The position numbers and the translations under genes were made by a program. From assembly GCA_020057405.1 (NCBI GenBank), contig JAGVFW010000004.1, positions 1-64,000 on the forward strand: a DNA stretch of 64,000 nt, written 5' to 3'. Source of the DNA: an archaeon. GTDB taxonomy: Archaea > Micrarchaeota > Micrarchaeia > Norongarragalinales > UBA97. Below the pieces are notes generated by a model. It worked only from the letters and a program-made list of their open reading frames with translations. It was not told the DNA's origin and ran no database searches. Shown here one piece after another: positions 19,024-28,914 of the stretch (positions are counted from its first letter, which is position 1; every line of letters starts with the position of its first letter).

Positions 19024-20559
19024 TCACTCGTACTCTATCGTCGCCGGCGGCTTTTGGCTGATGTCGTAGAGCACGCGGTTGACGCCACGCACTTCGTTTG
19101 AAATGCGGCTGGCGGCGGATTCAAGCACTTTAGCCGGCAGTTTGACCCAGTCGGCAGTCATGCCGTCGACGCTCTGAACTGCGCGCAAGGCGATGATGTA
19201 TTCGTAAGTTCGCGCGTCGCCCTTGACTCCAACTGCCTTCACAGGCAAGAGCGCGGCAAACGCCTGCCACGTCTTGTCATACCAGCCTGACTTTCTTAGC
19301 TCATGGATGAAGACGGCATCAGCTTCCCGCAAGATTGCCAAACGCTCGTCAGTCACTTCACCGAGCACGCGAATGGCGAGCCCCGGGCCGGGGAACGGAT
19401 GGCGCCAGAGCATGTCCTTTGGCAAGCCAAGCGAGTGGCCGAGTGCGCGCACTTCGTCCTTGTAGAGGTCGCGCAGGGGCTCTACAATCTGGAAGTCGAG
19501 TTTTTCTGGGAGCGTAAGGTTGTGGTGGCTCTTGATTTTGGAGGCGTGCTTTGAGGGCTGGGCGCTCTCAATCCTATCGGGGTAAATCGTGCCCTGGGCG
19601 AGGAAGCGAATGTGCTCCTTTGACTCAAGGCGCTTTGCCTCGCGCTCGAAGACGCGGATGAAAGTGTGGCCGATGATTTTGCGTTTTTCCTCTGGGTCGG
19701 AAACGCCCTTGAGGCCGGAGAGGAAGTCCGCCGACGCATCGACGAAAACAACGTTTTTGAACCCGCGGCTTTTGAGCGCCGCAAGAACCTGCATTGCCTC
19801 GTCCTTTCTAAGCAGGCCGTGGTCGATGAAAACGGCGTAGAGGTTGTCCCCGATTGCACGGTGCAAAAGCGTTGCTGCAACAAGAGAGTCAACACCGCCG
19901 CTGACTCCGATGATGGCCTTCCCCTTTCCGATGGTGGCTTTTAGCTCACTGACGTACTTGCCGGCCAAGTCGCCGATTGTCCAGCTCTTTTTCTCGCCGC
20001 AAATGCCGTAGACGAAGTTCTCAAGAATCCTGCTGCCGTGGGGCGTGTGCACGACTTCGGGATGGAACTGCACGCCAAAGAGCTTGGACGCGTCGTTTGA
20101 CATGGCCGCAATCTTGCAGGTTGGCGTTGAGGCGGTTGCGACAAATCCGTGCGGGAGCTTCTCGACCTTGTCGCCGTGCGAGAACCACACGGTCTCGCGG
20201 CGCATTAGCCCCTTGAAGAGCTTGGTGGCGGCAGGCTTAACCGAAAGCTTTTGGCGGCCGAACTGCTTCTCCGAACTGCCCTTGACTGAACCGCCAAGCT
20301 CGTGCGCCATCAACTGCTGTCCGTAGCAAATGCCGAGAATGGGGATGCCTTGACGAAAGACGCGCGGGTCGGGCTTTGGCGCGCCCCGCTCGTAAACGCT
20401 CGAGGGACCGCCGGAGAGGATGATGCCCTTTGGCTTTAGCGCCAGGATTTTCGCAAGCGGCGTCTCGCCCGGAAGGATTTCTGAATAGACGCCAAGCTCG
20501 CGCACTCGGCGCGGGAGCAGGTGCGCGTACTGGCCGCCAAAGTTAAGGACGATTATCAT
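19024..20559 (-). CDS. guaA: GMP synthase (glutamine-hydrolysing), fused GATase + ATP-PPase
   Basis: GICYGQQ, QFHPE, SGGVDS, IKSHHN, HPFPGPGL, KPPATIEYE. Confidence 0.96.
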   Translation of the reverse strand: MIIVLNFGGQYAHLLPRRVRELGVYSEILPGETPLAKILALKPKGIILSGGPSSVYERGAPKPDPRVFRQGIPILGICYGQQLMAHELGGSVKGSSEKQFGRQKLSVKPAATKLFKGLMRRETVWFSHGDKVEKLPHGFVATASTPTCKIAAMSNDASKLFGVQFHPEVVHTPHGSRILENFVYGICGEKKSWTIGDLAGKYVSELKATIGKGKAIIGVSGGVDSLVAATLLHRAIGDNLYAVFIDHGLLRKDEAMQVLAALKSRGFKNVVFVDASADFLSGLKGVSDPEEKRKIIGHTFIRVFEREAKRLESKEHIRFLAQGTIYPDRIESAQPSKHASKIKSHHNLTLPEKLDFQIVEPLRDLYKDEVRALGHSLGLPKDMLWRHPFPGPGLAIRVLGEVTDERLAILREADAVFIHELRKSGWYDKTWQAFAALLPVKAVGVKGDARTYEYIIALRAVQSVDGMTADWVKLPAKVLESAASRISNEVRGVNRVLYDISQKPPATIEYE

Positions 20560-20614
20560 TGGTCGAATCCAGTAGGAAGAAAAGGCATTTAATTACTGCC
20601 TGCCTGCACCTTTC

Positions 20615-21202
20615 GTGGACGACAAAAAGACACTCGACTTTTTCTTCGAGCTGGGCATGCTAAAGCGCAACAAGCGCGAGGGCTGGCGCGTCTGCGGAGT
20701 TGAGGCGCCGGAAAGCATTGCCGACCACTCGCTGCGCGCGGCGCAAATCGGCTATGTGCTTGCGCTCATGGAAGGGTATTCCAAGCCTGATGAAGTTGCG
20801 GCAATTCTCGTGTTCCACGAGATAGGCGAGTGCCGGGTTGGCGACGCGCATAGCATTTCAAAGATGTACGGCCGGCTTGACGAGGAAAAGGCGGCAGTCG
20901 CCCAGCTAAAGCCGTTGGGCAAGGAAGGGAAGCGAATTTTCGGCCTGTGGGAGCAGGTGGAGCACAACACCACACAGGCAGGTAAAATAGCGAAGGACGC
21001 CGACTGGCTAGAGTGCGCCGTCACTGCAAGGGAATACATGGACACGGGTTTTGAGGGCGCCGAAGAGTGGATTGTGAGTGTCGAGGGCGCTGTGCGCACC
21101 AAGTCAGCCAAAAAACTCGCGAGTATGCTGCTTAAGGCAGACCCGAAGAACTGGTGGATTGCCATCAAGGGCGAGTGGCGAAAGACCCACCACAAAAAAT
21201 AA
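20615..21202 (+). CDS. HD-domain hydrolase (YfbR/HDDC2-like)
   Basis: REGW..ESIADHS..HE..GD..KDADWLE. Confidence 0.85.
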   Translation: MDDKKTLDFFFELGMLKRNKREGWRVCGVEAPESIADHSLRAAQIGYVLALMEGYSKPDEVAAILVFHEIGECRVGDAHSISKMYGRLDEEKAAVAQLKPLGKEGKRIFGLWEQVEHNTTQAGKIAKDADWLECAVTAREYMDTGFEGAEEWIVSVEGAVRTKSAKKLASMLLKADPKNWWIAIKGEWRKTHHKK

Positions 21203-21208
21203 GGGCGG

Positions 21209-22465
21209 CTATATTACAACTGAATCGCCGAGCTTGGGCGCGGTCGCGTCGAATCCCTGTTCCGTTAGTTCGCTAGCAAAAGTGATGCAAGTCGCTTCGT
21301 CGCCGTGCACGCAGAACACTTTTTTCGGCTCGGCCTTCCGCACGAAGTCAAAGAGCTCCTTTCGGCCGGCGTGCGCCGAGAAGTCAAACACTTTTACGGG
21401 CAGGTTTATCTTGAACTTGATGCCGTGGTCGGAAATTATGCCCGTCTCGACGAGCGAGCGGCCGTTTGTGCCAGCGCCCTGGTAGCCGGGCATAAGCACC
21501 ATGCCGCGGCCGGCCGCGTTCATTGCCTTGATGTAGGAAAGCGCAGGCCCGCCGTCAAGCATGCCCGCAGTCGCAATGATGACGTTGCCTTTCCCGGCGC
21601 CAATTGCTTTTCTGGCTGAATTGTTTTCGACGAACTTGCAGGAGGCGAGGGCGGATGCCATTGCGTCGGGGTCGCTGACGTACTCCGGATAGTCGGCGAC
21701 AATCTGGCTTGCGGCGACGCCCATGCCGTCAACGAAAACGCGGGTGATGCCTTTTGCCCGTAGCGCCATCAGCACCTCTAGGGTGCGGCCGATTGCAAAA
21801 CACGGGATTAGCGCGTTTCCGGTCGTAATCGCCTCCTTGACGCAAACCGCCAGCTCGGTCTCGATGTCCTTTCGGGGAGGGTGGTTGCGCATGGCGTAAG
21901 TGCTCTCGATAATCATCGCGTCGGCACTCCTAGTGCCTGGCACGCAGCCGTTGTGCAGCCGCGTCTTGGCTGAATTGAAGTCGCCGGTGTAAAGGAGCTT
22001 CTGCTTTCCCGAGTTCACGATGACCTGCGCGCTTCCCGGAATGTGGCCGGCGTCGAAAAGCTCAAACGAAGTGCCGTCGAAAAACTCGTACTCCTCGGCA
22101 TAAGGTATCTGAACGGCGTGCTTGTTGGCTTCGCGGATTAGGGGCTCGGTGATGTAAGGCGATTCGCGGCGAAGGATTGCGACCTTGATTGCATCGCGCC
22201 ACAAAAGGTTTGAAGTGCGCAGCGTCGGGGGAGTGCAGTACCACGGTATGCGGCCCTTGTGGAAGAGCTGGGGGACGAATCCTGAGTGGTCCATGTGCGC
22301 GTGGCTAAGGATTGCAGCGTCAATCTTGCCTTTCGGGGGCATGGGAAAGCGGTCGCCCGCGAAAGTGGTCGTACCGGCGTCCAAGAGAAGCTTGAGGCTG
22401 CCGGTGTCGGCCTGGAACATGCTGCGGCCCACCTGCCGGCAGGCGCCGAGAAACGTCAGCTTCAA
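21209..22465 (-). CDS. beta-CASP metallo-beta-lactamase ribonuclease (aCPSF2-like)
   Basis: SHAHMDHSG, AGHIPGS, YTGD, ESTY, FSAH, VHGD; TTG start inferred. Confidence 0.88.
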   Translation of the reverse strand: MKLTFLGACRQVGRSMFQADTGSLKLLLDAGTTTFAGDRFPMPPKGKIDAAILSHAHMDHSGFVPQLFHKGRIPWYCTPPTLRTSNLLWRDAIKVAILRRESPYITEPLIREANKHAVQIPYAEEYEFFDGTSFELFDAGHIPGSAQVIVNSGKQKLLYTGDFNSAKTRLHNGCVPGTRSADAMIIESTYAMRNHPPRKDIETELAVCVKEAITTGNALIPCFAIGRTLEVLMALRAKGITRVFVDGMGVAASQIVADYPEYVSDPDAMASALASCKFVENNSARKAIGAGKGNVIIATAGMLDGGPALSYIKAMNAAGRGMVLMPGYQGAGTNGRSLVETGIISDHGIKFKINLPVKVFDFSAHAGRKELFDFVRKAEPKKVFCVHGDEATCITFASELTEQGFDATAPKLGDSVVI

Positions 22466-22525
22466 CGGATAACCTGCCTTGATAAGCGCGGCAAGTATTT
22501 TAACGCTGCGGAAGTAGTATGTTTC

Positions 22526-23155
22526 ATGCTGCTCTCTTTTGCGCAAACGCGCTCGCTTCTCGAAAAATACGGGCTGCCGCTAGTTGAGACGGTGGTTGCA
22601 ACGGACGCGAGGCAGGCCGTCAGCGCAGCGCGAAAAATCGGCTACCCGCTTGTGCTGAAAGCAACGGGCGAGGGCATCAACCACAAGACCGAAAAGGGCT
22701 TGGTGTTCACGAGCATCTGGTGCGAGGAACAGCTTGAGAAGAACTTTCGGCAGCTAGCAATCGCGGCCGGTGGTGCGAGCGGAATCAGTTACCTGCTCCA
22801 GCGCCAGTTGTCGGGAGCCGAGCTTATCGTTGGCGGCAAGCGCGACCCGGCCTTCGGGCCGGTCCTCCTTTTCGGCACTGGTGGCATCTACGCAGAGCTA
22901 TTGGATGACGTGAGCACGCGCGTGTGCCCCGTTGGCAGGGAAGACGCAAGGCAAATGCTCTACGCAACGCACGCGGCCAAGTTCATCGCGGGATTCCGCT
23001 CGCGCCATATGGGCGAAGAGCCCATGGTGCAGATATTGCTTAAGGCCAGCCGCATGATGCTGGAAAACGAGTGGCTCTTGGAATTCGACTTTAATCCCGT
23101 GATTGCGGGCGAGACGGGTGCGACAATAGTTGACGCGAGGATAGTGAGCAAGTGA
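22526..23155 (+). CDS. acdB: ADP-forming acetyl-CoA synthetase beta subunit (ATP-grasp)
   Basis: IGYPLVLK, HKTE, RDPAFGP.LLFG.GG, DFNPV, VDAR. Confidence 0.85.
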   Translation: MLLSFAQTRSLLEKYGLPLVETVVATDARQAVSAARKIGYPLVLKATGEGINHKTEKGLVFTSIWCEEQLEKNFRQLAIAAGGASGISYLLQRQLSGAELIVGGKRDPAFGPVLLFGTGGIYAELLDDVSTRVCPVGREDARQMLYATHAAKFIAGFRSRHMGEEPMVQILLKASRMMLENEWLLEFDFNPVIAGETGATIVDARIVSK

Positions 23156-24549
23156 TTTCAAAAGAATTTGCAGGGTTAAGCGCGCTTATGGAGCCAAGGA
23201 GCGTCGCAGTAGTCGGCGCTAGCCGCGACCCAAAGAGCGTCGGGTACGGCGTGCTAAAGAGCCTTCTTTCTGGTTGCGTGAAGAGGAGCCCGTGGGGCTG
23301 CCGCGGCTTTGGCGGGAAAGTCTATGCGGTCAACCCGCACGCAAAAACCGTGCTTGGGACAAAGTGCTACGCCAGCATCTCGCAAATCACTGGGGAAATT
23401 GACGTTGCGGTCATAAGCGTGCCGGCGGCTGTAGTGCCTCAAGTTGCGCAAGAGTGCGGGCAAAAGGGAGTAAAGGCACTCGTCGTCATCAGCGCGGGCT
23501 TTGGGGAAACTGGCGAAGAGGGAAAGGCCCTCGAGAGCCAGTTGATGGCAGCCTGCAAAAGGCACGGGATGCGGCTGCTTGGGCCAAATTGCCTCGGACT
23601 CTTGCGGCCCTCGCTTAACTATAACGCGTCCTTCGCCCTAAGCTCGCCCCCAGCAGGCGGGGTTGCGCTCGTTACGCAAAGCGGGGCGCTTGCAGACAGC
23701 GTAATCGACTGGGCGATTCAGGAAAAGTACGCCTTTAGTGCCATAGTCAGCCTTGGCAACGCGATTGACCTTGACGCGGCGGACTTTGTCAACTACTTGG
23801 CCAACGACCCGGCCACGAAAGTCATTACGCTTTACCTCGAGGGCGTGCGGGACGGCCGCAAGCTCATGTCCGCGGCCAGCCGCTCGGGCAAGCCCGTGCT
23901 CTTGCTAAAGGGCGGCAAGACGGCCGAGGGCGGAAAAGCCGTCGCCAGCCACACTGGTGCCCTTGCGGGCGACGGACGCGTGTTTGAAGGCGCGATGAGG
24001 CAGGCGGGAGTGCGCATGGCCGAGAGCCTCGAGGAACTTTTTGACTTGGCAAAAACTCTTGCGGAACAGCCGCGGGCGAGGGAAAACGCCATTGCGGTAA
24101 TCACCAACGGCGGGGGCCTCGGAGTGCTTGCAAGCGACTACTGCAAGGAATTCGGAGTCAACCTGCCAGCCCTTAAGGCAACCACGATTGCAAAGCTTGA
24201 CGCCAGCGGCTTGATGCACCCCGCGTACTCCAGGCGAAACCCGCTTGACCTCGTCGGCGATGCGCTGCCGCAGCGGTACGAGACGGCGCTAAACACGGTG
24301 CTTGCCGAGGACTACATCAGCGGGGCGATTGTGCTGCAGACGGTCCAGACGATGACTGACAGCAGGGGCGACGCCGAGGCCGTCGTCGCGGCCCGAAAGC
24401 GCTTTCCCGGCAAGCCCATAGTGTGCGTGTTCATGGGCGGCAAGTACGTGGCCCAAGGCGTCAACGTGCTACGCAAGGCAGGCGTGCCGGACTTCAACGA
24501 CCCGCGAAAGGCAGTGAAGGCAATGGCGGCCCTTTGCAGCGCGCCCTGA
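23152..24549 (+). CDS. acdA: ADP-forming acetyl-CoA synthetase alpha subunit
   Basis: VAVVGAS, GPNCLG, QSG, SHTGALAG (phospho-His), NPLDL. Confidence 0.9.
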   Translation: MISKEFAGLSALMEPRSVAVVGASRDPKSVGYGVLKSLLSGCVKRSPWGCRGFGGKVYAVNPHAKTVLGTKCYASISQITGEIDVAVISVPAAVVPQVAQECGQKGVKALVVISAGFGETGEEGKALESQLMAACKRHGMRLLGPNCLGLLRPSLNYNASFALSSPPAGGVALVTQSGALADSVIDWAIQEKYAFSAIVSLGNAIDLDAADFVNYLANDPATKVITLYLEGVRDGRKLMSAASRSGKPVLLLKGGKTAEGGKAVASHTGALAGDGRVFEGAMRQAGVRMAESLEELFDLAKTLAEQPRARENAIAVITNGGGLGVLASDYCKEFGVNLPALKATTIAKLDASGLMHPAYSRRNPLDLVGDALPQRYETALNTVLAEDYISGAIVLQTVQTMTDSRGDAEAVVAARKRFPGKPIVCVFMGGKYVAQGVNVLRKAGVPDFNDPRKAVKAMAALCSAP

Positions 24550-24634
24550 GGCAACCTCTTATAAACCGGAGGCGGGTTATTGGTTTTGGGGACGCATTTG
24601 TTGGCGGCCCGAATTTTGGAGAAAGGTCGTTGCA

Positions 24635-25477
24635 TTGATTTACACTTTCACTAGCTTTGAAGAGTTCGACAAGCGCGTAAAGGAATCAGGCATCAAGGAC
24701 GACCTGCGGCCGCTTTTGTCACTTGACTTAAACTTCTTCGAGCGCTACCCCAATTATGTCGTGCTTAACCTGCGCGACTATTCCGACACTCCCAACAACT
24801 TACTTGTCCTAAGCGGCGACAATAGCTTTCTTTACAGCGGGCACGAAGTCCAACAGGACGCCCTGCGGCTATTCAAGTACACGGTCAAGAAGAAGCACGG
24901 CGAGAGCACGGCCTTGTGCCTTATTGTGCTGAAAAACGCACTCGCCAGCTACAACACCGAGTTCGAGAAAATCAACTCGGAAATAGACAGGCAAGAGGAA
25001 GTGCTAAGCGCCCAAGAAATCGAGAGCCTAGGCAAGCGGCTTAGAAAAGTCGGCAACAAGGTCGAGGACCTCGTTGACCTGCTAATCAAGCTTGAAGAGA
25101 GGGACGTGCACGAAGTCAACACGGCTTATGTGAGTTACGACTACGACGTGCTTGTCGCCAAGTCCCGCCACCTGCTAGACCGCATCAAGAGCCACTCGGG
25201 CCAGATTGTGGGCCTGCGCAACGAAGTGGAAATACGGTTTTCCCGCGAGTTAAACAGCCGCATCGAAGTGCTTAGCCACCAAGTCAAGGTCCTAACCGCA
25301 ATCACGATCCTACTCATGATTCCCAACATCATCGCCGGCCACTACGGCATGAACCTCAAGTACCTCAACTCCTTCGTTGATGTGAGCTCGCCCGAAGCCG
25401 AGTACTCGGTATTGGGAATGAGCGTCGGGCTAATTGCCCTGACCTACCTATTTCTCAAGTGGAAGAAATGGGTCTAG
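24635..25477 (+). CDS. corA: CorA-family Mg2+/divalent cation transporter
   Basis: YGMN signature between two C-terminal TM helices. Confidence 0.8.
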   Translation: MIYTFTSFEEFDKRVKESGIKDDLRPLLSLDLNFFERYPNYVVLNLRDYSDTPNNLLVLSGDNSFLYSGHEVQQDALRLFKYTVKKKHGESTALCLIVLKNALASYNTEFEKINSEIDRQEEVLSAQEIESLGKRLRKVGNKVEDLVDLLIKLEERDVHEVNTAYVSYDYDVLVAKSRHLLDRIKSHSGQIVGLRNEVEIRFSRELNSRIEVLSHQVKVLTAITILLMIPNIIAGHYGMNLKYLNSFVDVSSPEAEYSVLGMSVGLIALTYLFLKWKKWV

Positions 25478-26682
25478 GCCTTTAGTACGCGCTCGAGGGC
25501 CGCGTCAACTTCCCCCTCGCTAAGCAATTCGAACAATTCTTCGACCGCGGCTTTCGGCATTTCTTCGCTCGTGATTTCCTTTTCCTTCAGCTTGTGCTTC
25601 AGTATCTCTGCAGCGACTTCACCGGCGCTCTTCTTCTCGGTGCGCATCCGGCGCAAAAACTCGATTTTTTCCTTGAGCTCCAGGCTGCCGAGTTCCTTGT
25701 CAAGCGCAAGCTTAAGCTTGTCGGCGTATTTTGCTTCAAGTGCGGTCGTGTCAACCGCCTGTGAGGAGAGGCCCTTGGCGAGCGTGCCGGTCAGCTTGAG
25801 CTTGACTTGGGGTGGCTGGCTGTTGTTCTTGCCCGCGATTTCGGCAAGCACCGCCTCGGCCTGCGAAAGCACTTGCTGTGCTGACGCGTCCTTAAACTGC
25901 AGCTCGCGGAAGAAAAACGGCCGCGAAGTGATTTCGACAAACTGCAGCGACTTTCGAGCCGTGTCAAACAAGTAGTAGCCCTTGGGGTTTGCCTCGGGCA
26001 GCTTCATTTGCGTCACCACAGTACTGCCGGGAATGATTAAGTGCTTGCCCCCCTGCCGCAGTTCCTGGCGCCAGTGGATGTGGCCGTTGATGTACAAGTC
26101 AAATCCGTCCGGCAAGTCAGCCATCGCCATCGCGCTTTCGTCCTGCGGAATCAGCTCGCGCACGCTCTGGTGGAACATGAAAACATTGAAGGCCCCCTCT
26201 ACGGGCTTAAAGTCCATCAGCTTTAGGGCCTGGGCCGCCATTTCCTCTGGCACCCCGCCCATCGCTTGTACGCAAACGCGCTCAATGTCGGCGCCCACGC
26301 GCTTTTCGACGAAGATTTTGCGCGCATGGGCGTTGACGAGGAGACCGGCGGTGTGGAAAAACTCGATGACGTTTGAGAGGCCCTTAGCCCGCCTCTCGTG
26401 GGTGCCGTAAATCGCGATTACGGGATTGTCGGTTCGCTCGAAGGAAACGTCATCGGACTCTAGAATGCGCTGGCGCGTGCCCGAACCTGCACCCTTTGCG
26501 TCCTGAAAAGCGATTGCAGCTTCGTGAAGCGTCTCTTGCCTGGGCACGCGAACATCAAAGAGGTCGCCGGGGGCCAGGATTACATCGGCGCGGCTGCGTG
26601 CGTCAACCATCGCCTCGCGCGCCTGCGGGAAAGCATCGGCGTTGTAGCCAAAGTGAAAGTCGCTTACAACCGCAATAATCAA
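25474..26682 (-). CDS. mre11: Mre11/SbcD DNA repair nuclease
   Basis: SDFHFG, GDLFD, GTHE, HQ, GHIH and PGS motifs. Confidence 0.85.
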   Translation of the reverse strand: MIIAVVSDFHFGYNADAFPQAREAMVDARSRADVILAPGDLFDVRVPRQETLHEAAIAFQDAKGAGSGTRQRILESDDVSFERTDNPVIAIYGTHERRAKGLSNVIEFFHTAGLLVNAHARKIFVEKRVGADIERVCVQAMGGVPEEMAAQALKLMDFKPVEGAFNVFMFHQSVRELIPQDESAMAMADLPDGFDLYINGHIHWRQELRQGGKHLIIPGSTVVTQMKLPEANPKGYYLFDTARKSLQFVEITSRPFFFRELQFKDASAQQVLSQAEAVLAEIAGKNNSQPPQVKLKLTGTLAKGLSSQAVDTTALEAKYADKLKLALDKELGSLELKEKIEFLRRMRTEKKSAGEVAAEILKHKLKEKEITSEEMPKAAVEELFELLSEGEVDAALERVLKA

Positions 26683-26785
26683 AACAAAACCTCCCCCGGC
26701 AATTACGCGGCTTCATGCCCGCAAACCGTATTAAGAAGAGAACGGGTAATAAAAGCGCTGCTGCAGAAATGGGTGACTAAAGAGA

Positions 26786-27214
26786 GTGCAAAAGAAAATG
26801 ATTGAGTGGCTCACCTACGCCATCGGCGCAATGCTGTTCTTCTCCGCAGCCAACGTCATACTCAAGGCAATCCTCTCGCGGCCTGACGCCCAAGGCGTTG
26901 ACTTCCAGGTACTCGCAATCGCCGCAGTCGCCATTGTCACCGTCCTCGCTGCCGCCTACGCGCTCGGCTATCTGAAAATCTCGCAGCAAACCGCACTCAT
27001 GGCCCTTGCATTCATTGTCCTCGCCTCAGCCGGATTTGCCCTCATGCTCAAGGCCTTCACGCAAGGCAAGGCCGGGACAGTCGCTGCAGTCCTCTCGCTA
27101 AGCACGGTTGCCGTTGCAATCCTGGCGTACTTTTTCCTAGGCGAGCGGTTCACCACAAAAGAAATGATTGCAATGGCCCTAGCGACTGCCAGCCTCATTG
27201 CACTCGTAGTGTAA
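26786..27214 (+). CDS. EamA/DMT-family small transporter
   Basis: About 5 TM helices; FFLGERFT C-terminal motif. Confidence 0.8.
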   Translation: MQKKMIEWLTYAIGAMLFFSAANVILKAILSRPDAQGVDFQVLAIAAVAIVTVLAAAYALGYLKISQQTALMALAFIVLASAGFALMLKAFTQGKAGTVAAVLSLSTVAVAILAYFFLGERFTTKEMIAMALATASLIALVV

Positions 27215-27229
27215 GAAAATCGGAGCAGC

Positions 27230-28189
27230 TCAATTCTGGTTCTTCAGCTTGGCAAGCGTTTCTTCCACGCACTTCAAAAGCGCTTTCTCAGTAAGTTCGG
27301 GCTTGCCTTTTGCCCCACCGACGTTCTCGTGCCCGCCGCCGCTTCCCTTCATTGCCCTGCCGGCGGCTTCCATCACGCGGCCGACGCTTAAGCCGGTTAA
27401 AGTCTCGCGCTTGACTCCGCTAATGCGCCCCCGGCCGGCGTTGGCGACGAAGGCAACGTCGCAGCCTGCGCCAACGAGGGCTGTAGCGCACGCAAGCTCG
27501 AAGGCGCTTGAGAAGCAAGAGCCGACGACGAGGTCGCCTTGCCGCTCAACCTGCACCCGCTGGAGTGCCTTTAGCCTTGCGATGCGCTCACTTGCGTCCT
27601 CATGCTTTGCGACTAAGGCGAGCACTTGCGAATATGAGAGGCGCGTGAGCGACAGGAGGTGGCCGAATGCGGTGAAAGTTCCTTTGCCCGCGCTTTTGAA
27701 GAACGCGCTGTCGTGCAAAATGCCTGCAGCCAAGAGAAGAGCGGTTTTTTCGGACGGCTTTTTGCGGGCGGCTGCGAAAAGCTCGTAGACGACTTCGCAG
27801 CTGCTGCTTTTGGCTGACTCAATCAGCACGGCGTTGGAGGGAATGCGCTTGCTGTGCACGTGGTGGTCGATTAGCAGGCGCTTGCCCTTGAAGGCCAGTA
27901 CGGCATCCCTAAAGCCACCCAACAGGTCGGCGTTACTCACGTCACAAAAGACTATGTTGTCGTAGCCGGCTAGTTCGCCGGCTGCTAGAGTGCGGGGCAA
28001 TGGCAGCGACAGGCGCGTAAGAAGATGCCTTGCCGAGGCGGAGAGGCCGTCAACGGCAGCCACTTCGGAACGCGGCAAGAGCTGGGAGACGGCGATTGCG
28101 CTTGCGACCGCGTCGACGTCGCCCAAGGAATGGAATGTCACTAGCGTGCGGCCGCGCAATGCCTTAAGAGTGCCCAAGAATTCTTTCAT
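27230..28189 (-). CDS. DHH/DHHA1 phosphoesterase
   Basis: H..GDVDA, DHH, GILHDS, GGGH. Confidence 0.9.
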   Translation of the reverse strand: MKEFLGTLKALRGRTLVTFHSLGDVDAVASAIAVSQLLPRSEVAAVDGLSASARHLLTRLSLPLPRTLAAGELAGYDNIVFCDVSNADLLGGFRDAVLAFKGKRLLIDHHVHSKRIPSNAVLIESAKSSSCEVVYELFAAARKKPSEKTALLLAAGILHDSAFFKSAGKGTFTAFGHLLSLTRLSYSQVLALVAKHEDASERIARLKALQRVQVERQGDLVVGSCFSSAFELACATALVGAGCDVAFVANAGRGRISGVKRETLTGLSVGRVMEAAGRAMKGSGGGHENVGGAKGKPELTEKALLKCVEETLAKLKNQN

Positions 28190-28243
28190 CGAAAAAAGCT
28201 AACGCTGAACCTCAATAAAAAAGCACGGATGCCTTGCGCCGCC

Positions 28244-28630
28244 TTAACGCCTTGAAGGGGGTTTTGGCGAAGCGCCGTCGCCGCCAAGCGAAAATCCTTT
28301 TTCGGCCTTGCGCAGCTTGTCCTGCAGCTCGAGCAGGCGGGAGCTTAGCTTCTCCTCTTGCTTGGCGAGCATGCCAGCGCGCAGTTCGAGCGTCTCCTTT
28401 TCAGAAGCGAGGTCTTTTTGCAGCTCGTCCTTTGATTTTGGCACGAGCACATTGCCAACGCTTTTGAAGAACTTGGCGTCGCCTGCGGCCTTGCCAAGCT
28501 CGTCGCCGACTTTTGACATCTCGGCCAGCTGTAGCTGAATTTGCTGCTTTTGCATCAGCACCATCTGGAGCTGCTGCTGGGCGTTCTGGAATTCGTTTAC
28601 GTCTTTTCTGGTTTCGTCACTCATTTCCAT
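28244..28630 (-). CDS. pfdB: Prefoldin beta subunit
   Basis: Q-rich coiled coils around FKSVGNVLV; conserved archaeal neighbourhood. Confidence 0.9.
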   Translation of the reverse strand: MEMSDETRKDVNEFQNAQQQLQMVLMQKQQIQLQLAEMSKVGDELGKAAGDAKFFKSVGNVLVPKSKDELQKDLASEKETLELRAGMLAKQEEKLSSRLLELQDKLRKAEKGFSLGGDGASPKPPSRR

Positions 28631-28677
28631 CTAAAATCACCTGAATAACGAGATAAGGGCGAAAAAGGATTATTAAG

Positions 28678-28914
28678 CTACTTGCGGGTGGCCTTTGTCG
28701 AGTCCAGGAACACTTTTAAGTCACGGAACAGGCTCGTCGTGCGCGCCCGAAGCGCGGCAAAATCCTTGGCAGTAATCACTGCAGTAAAGGCGCTGCCCTT
28801 AGCCGCGTACCTTACTTGCGCGCGGGCGCTCTCGAGACCCTCCGGGGCAACAGCCTTTAGTGCCAGTTTTGCCTGGCTTGCGGACTCCATTGGAACTTCA
28901 ATCTCGGATTTCAT
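28678..28914 (-). CDS. pcc1: KEOPS complex subunit Pcc1
   Basis: 78 aa; A..PE and ITAKDFAALRA..TS motifs; next to pfdB. Confidence 0.8.
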   Translation of the reverse strand: MKSEIEVPMESASQAKLALKAVAPEGLESARAQVRYAAKGSAFTAVITAKDFAALRARTTSLFRDLKVFLDSTKATRK

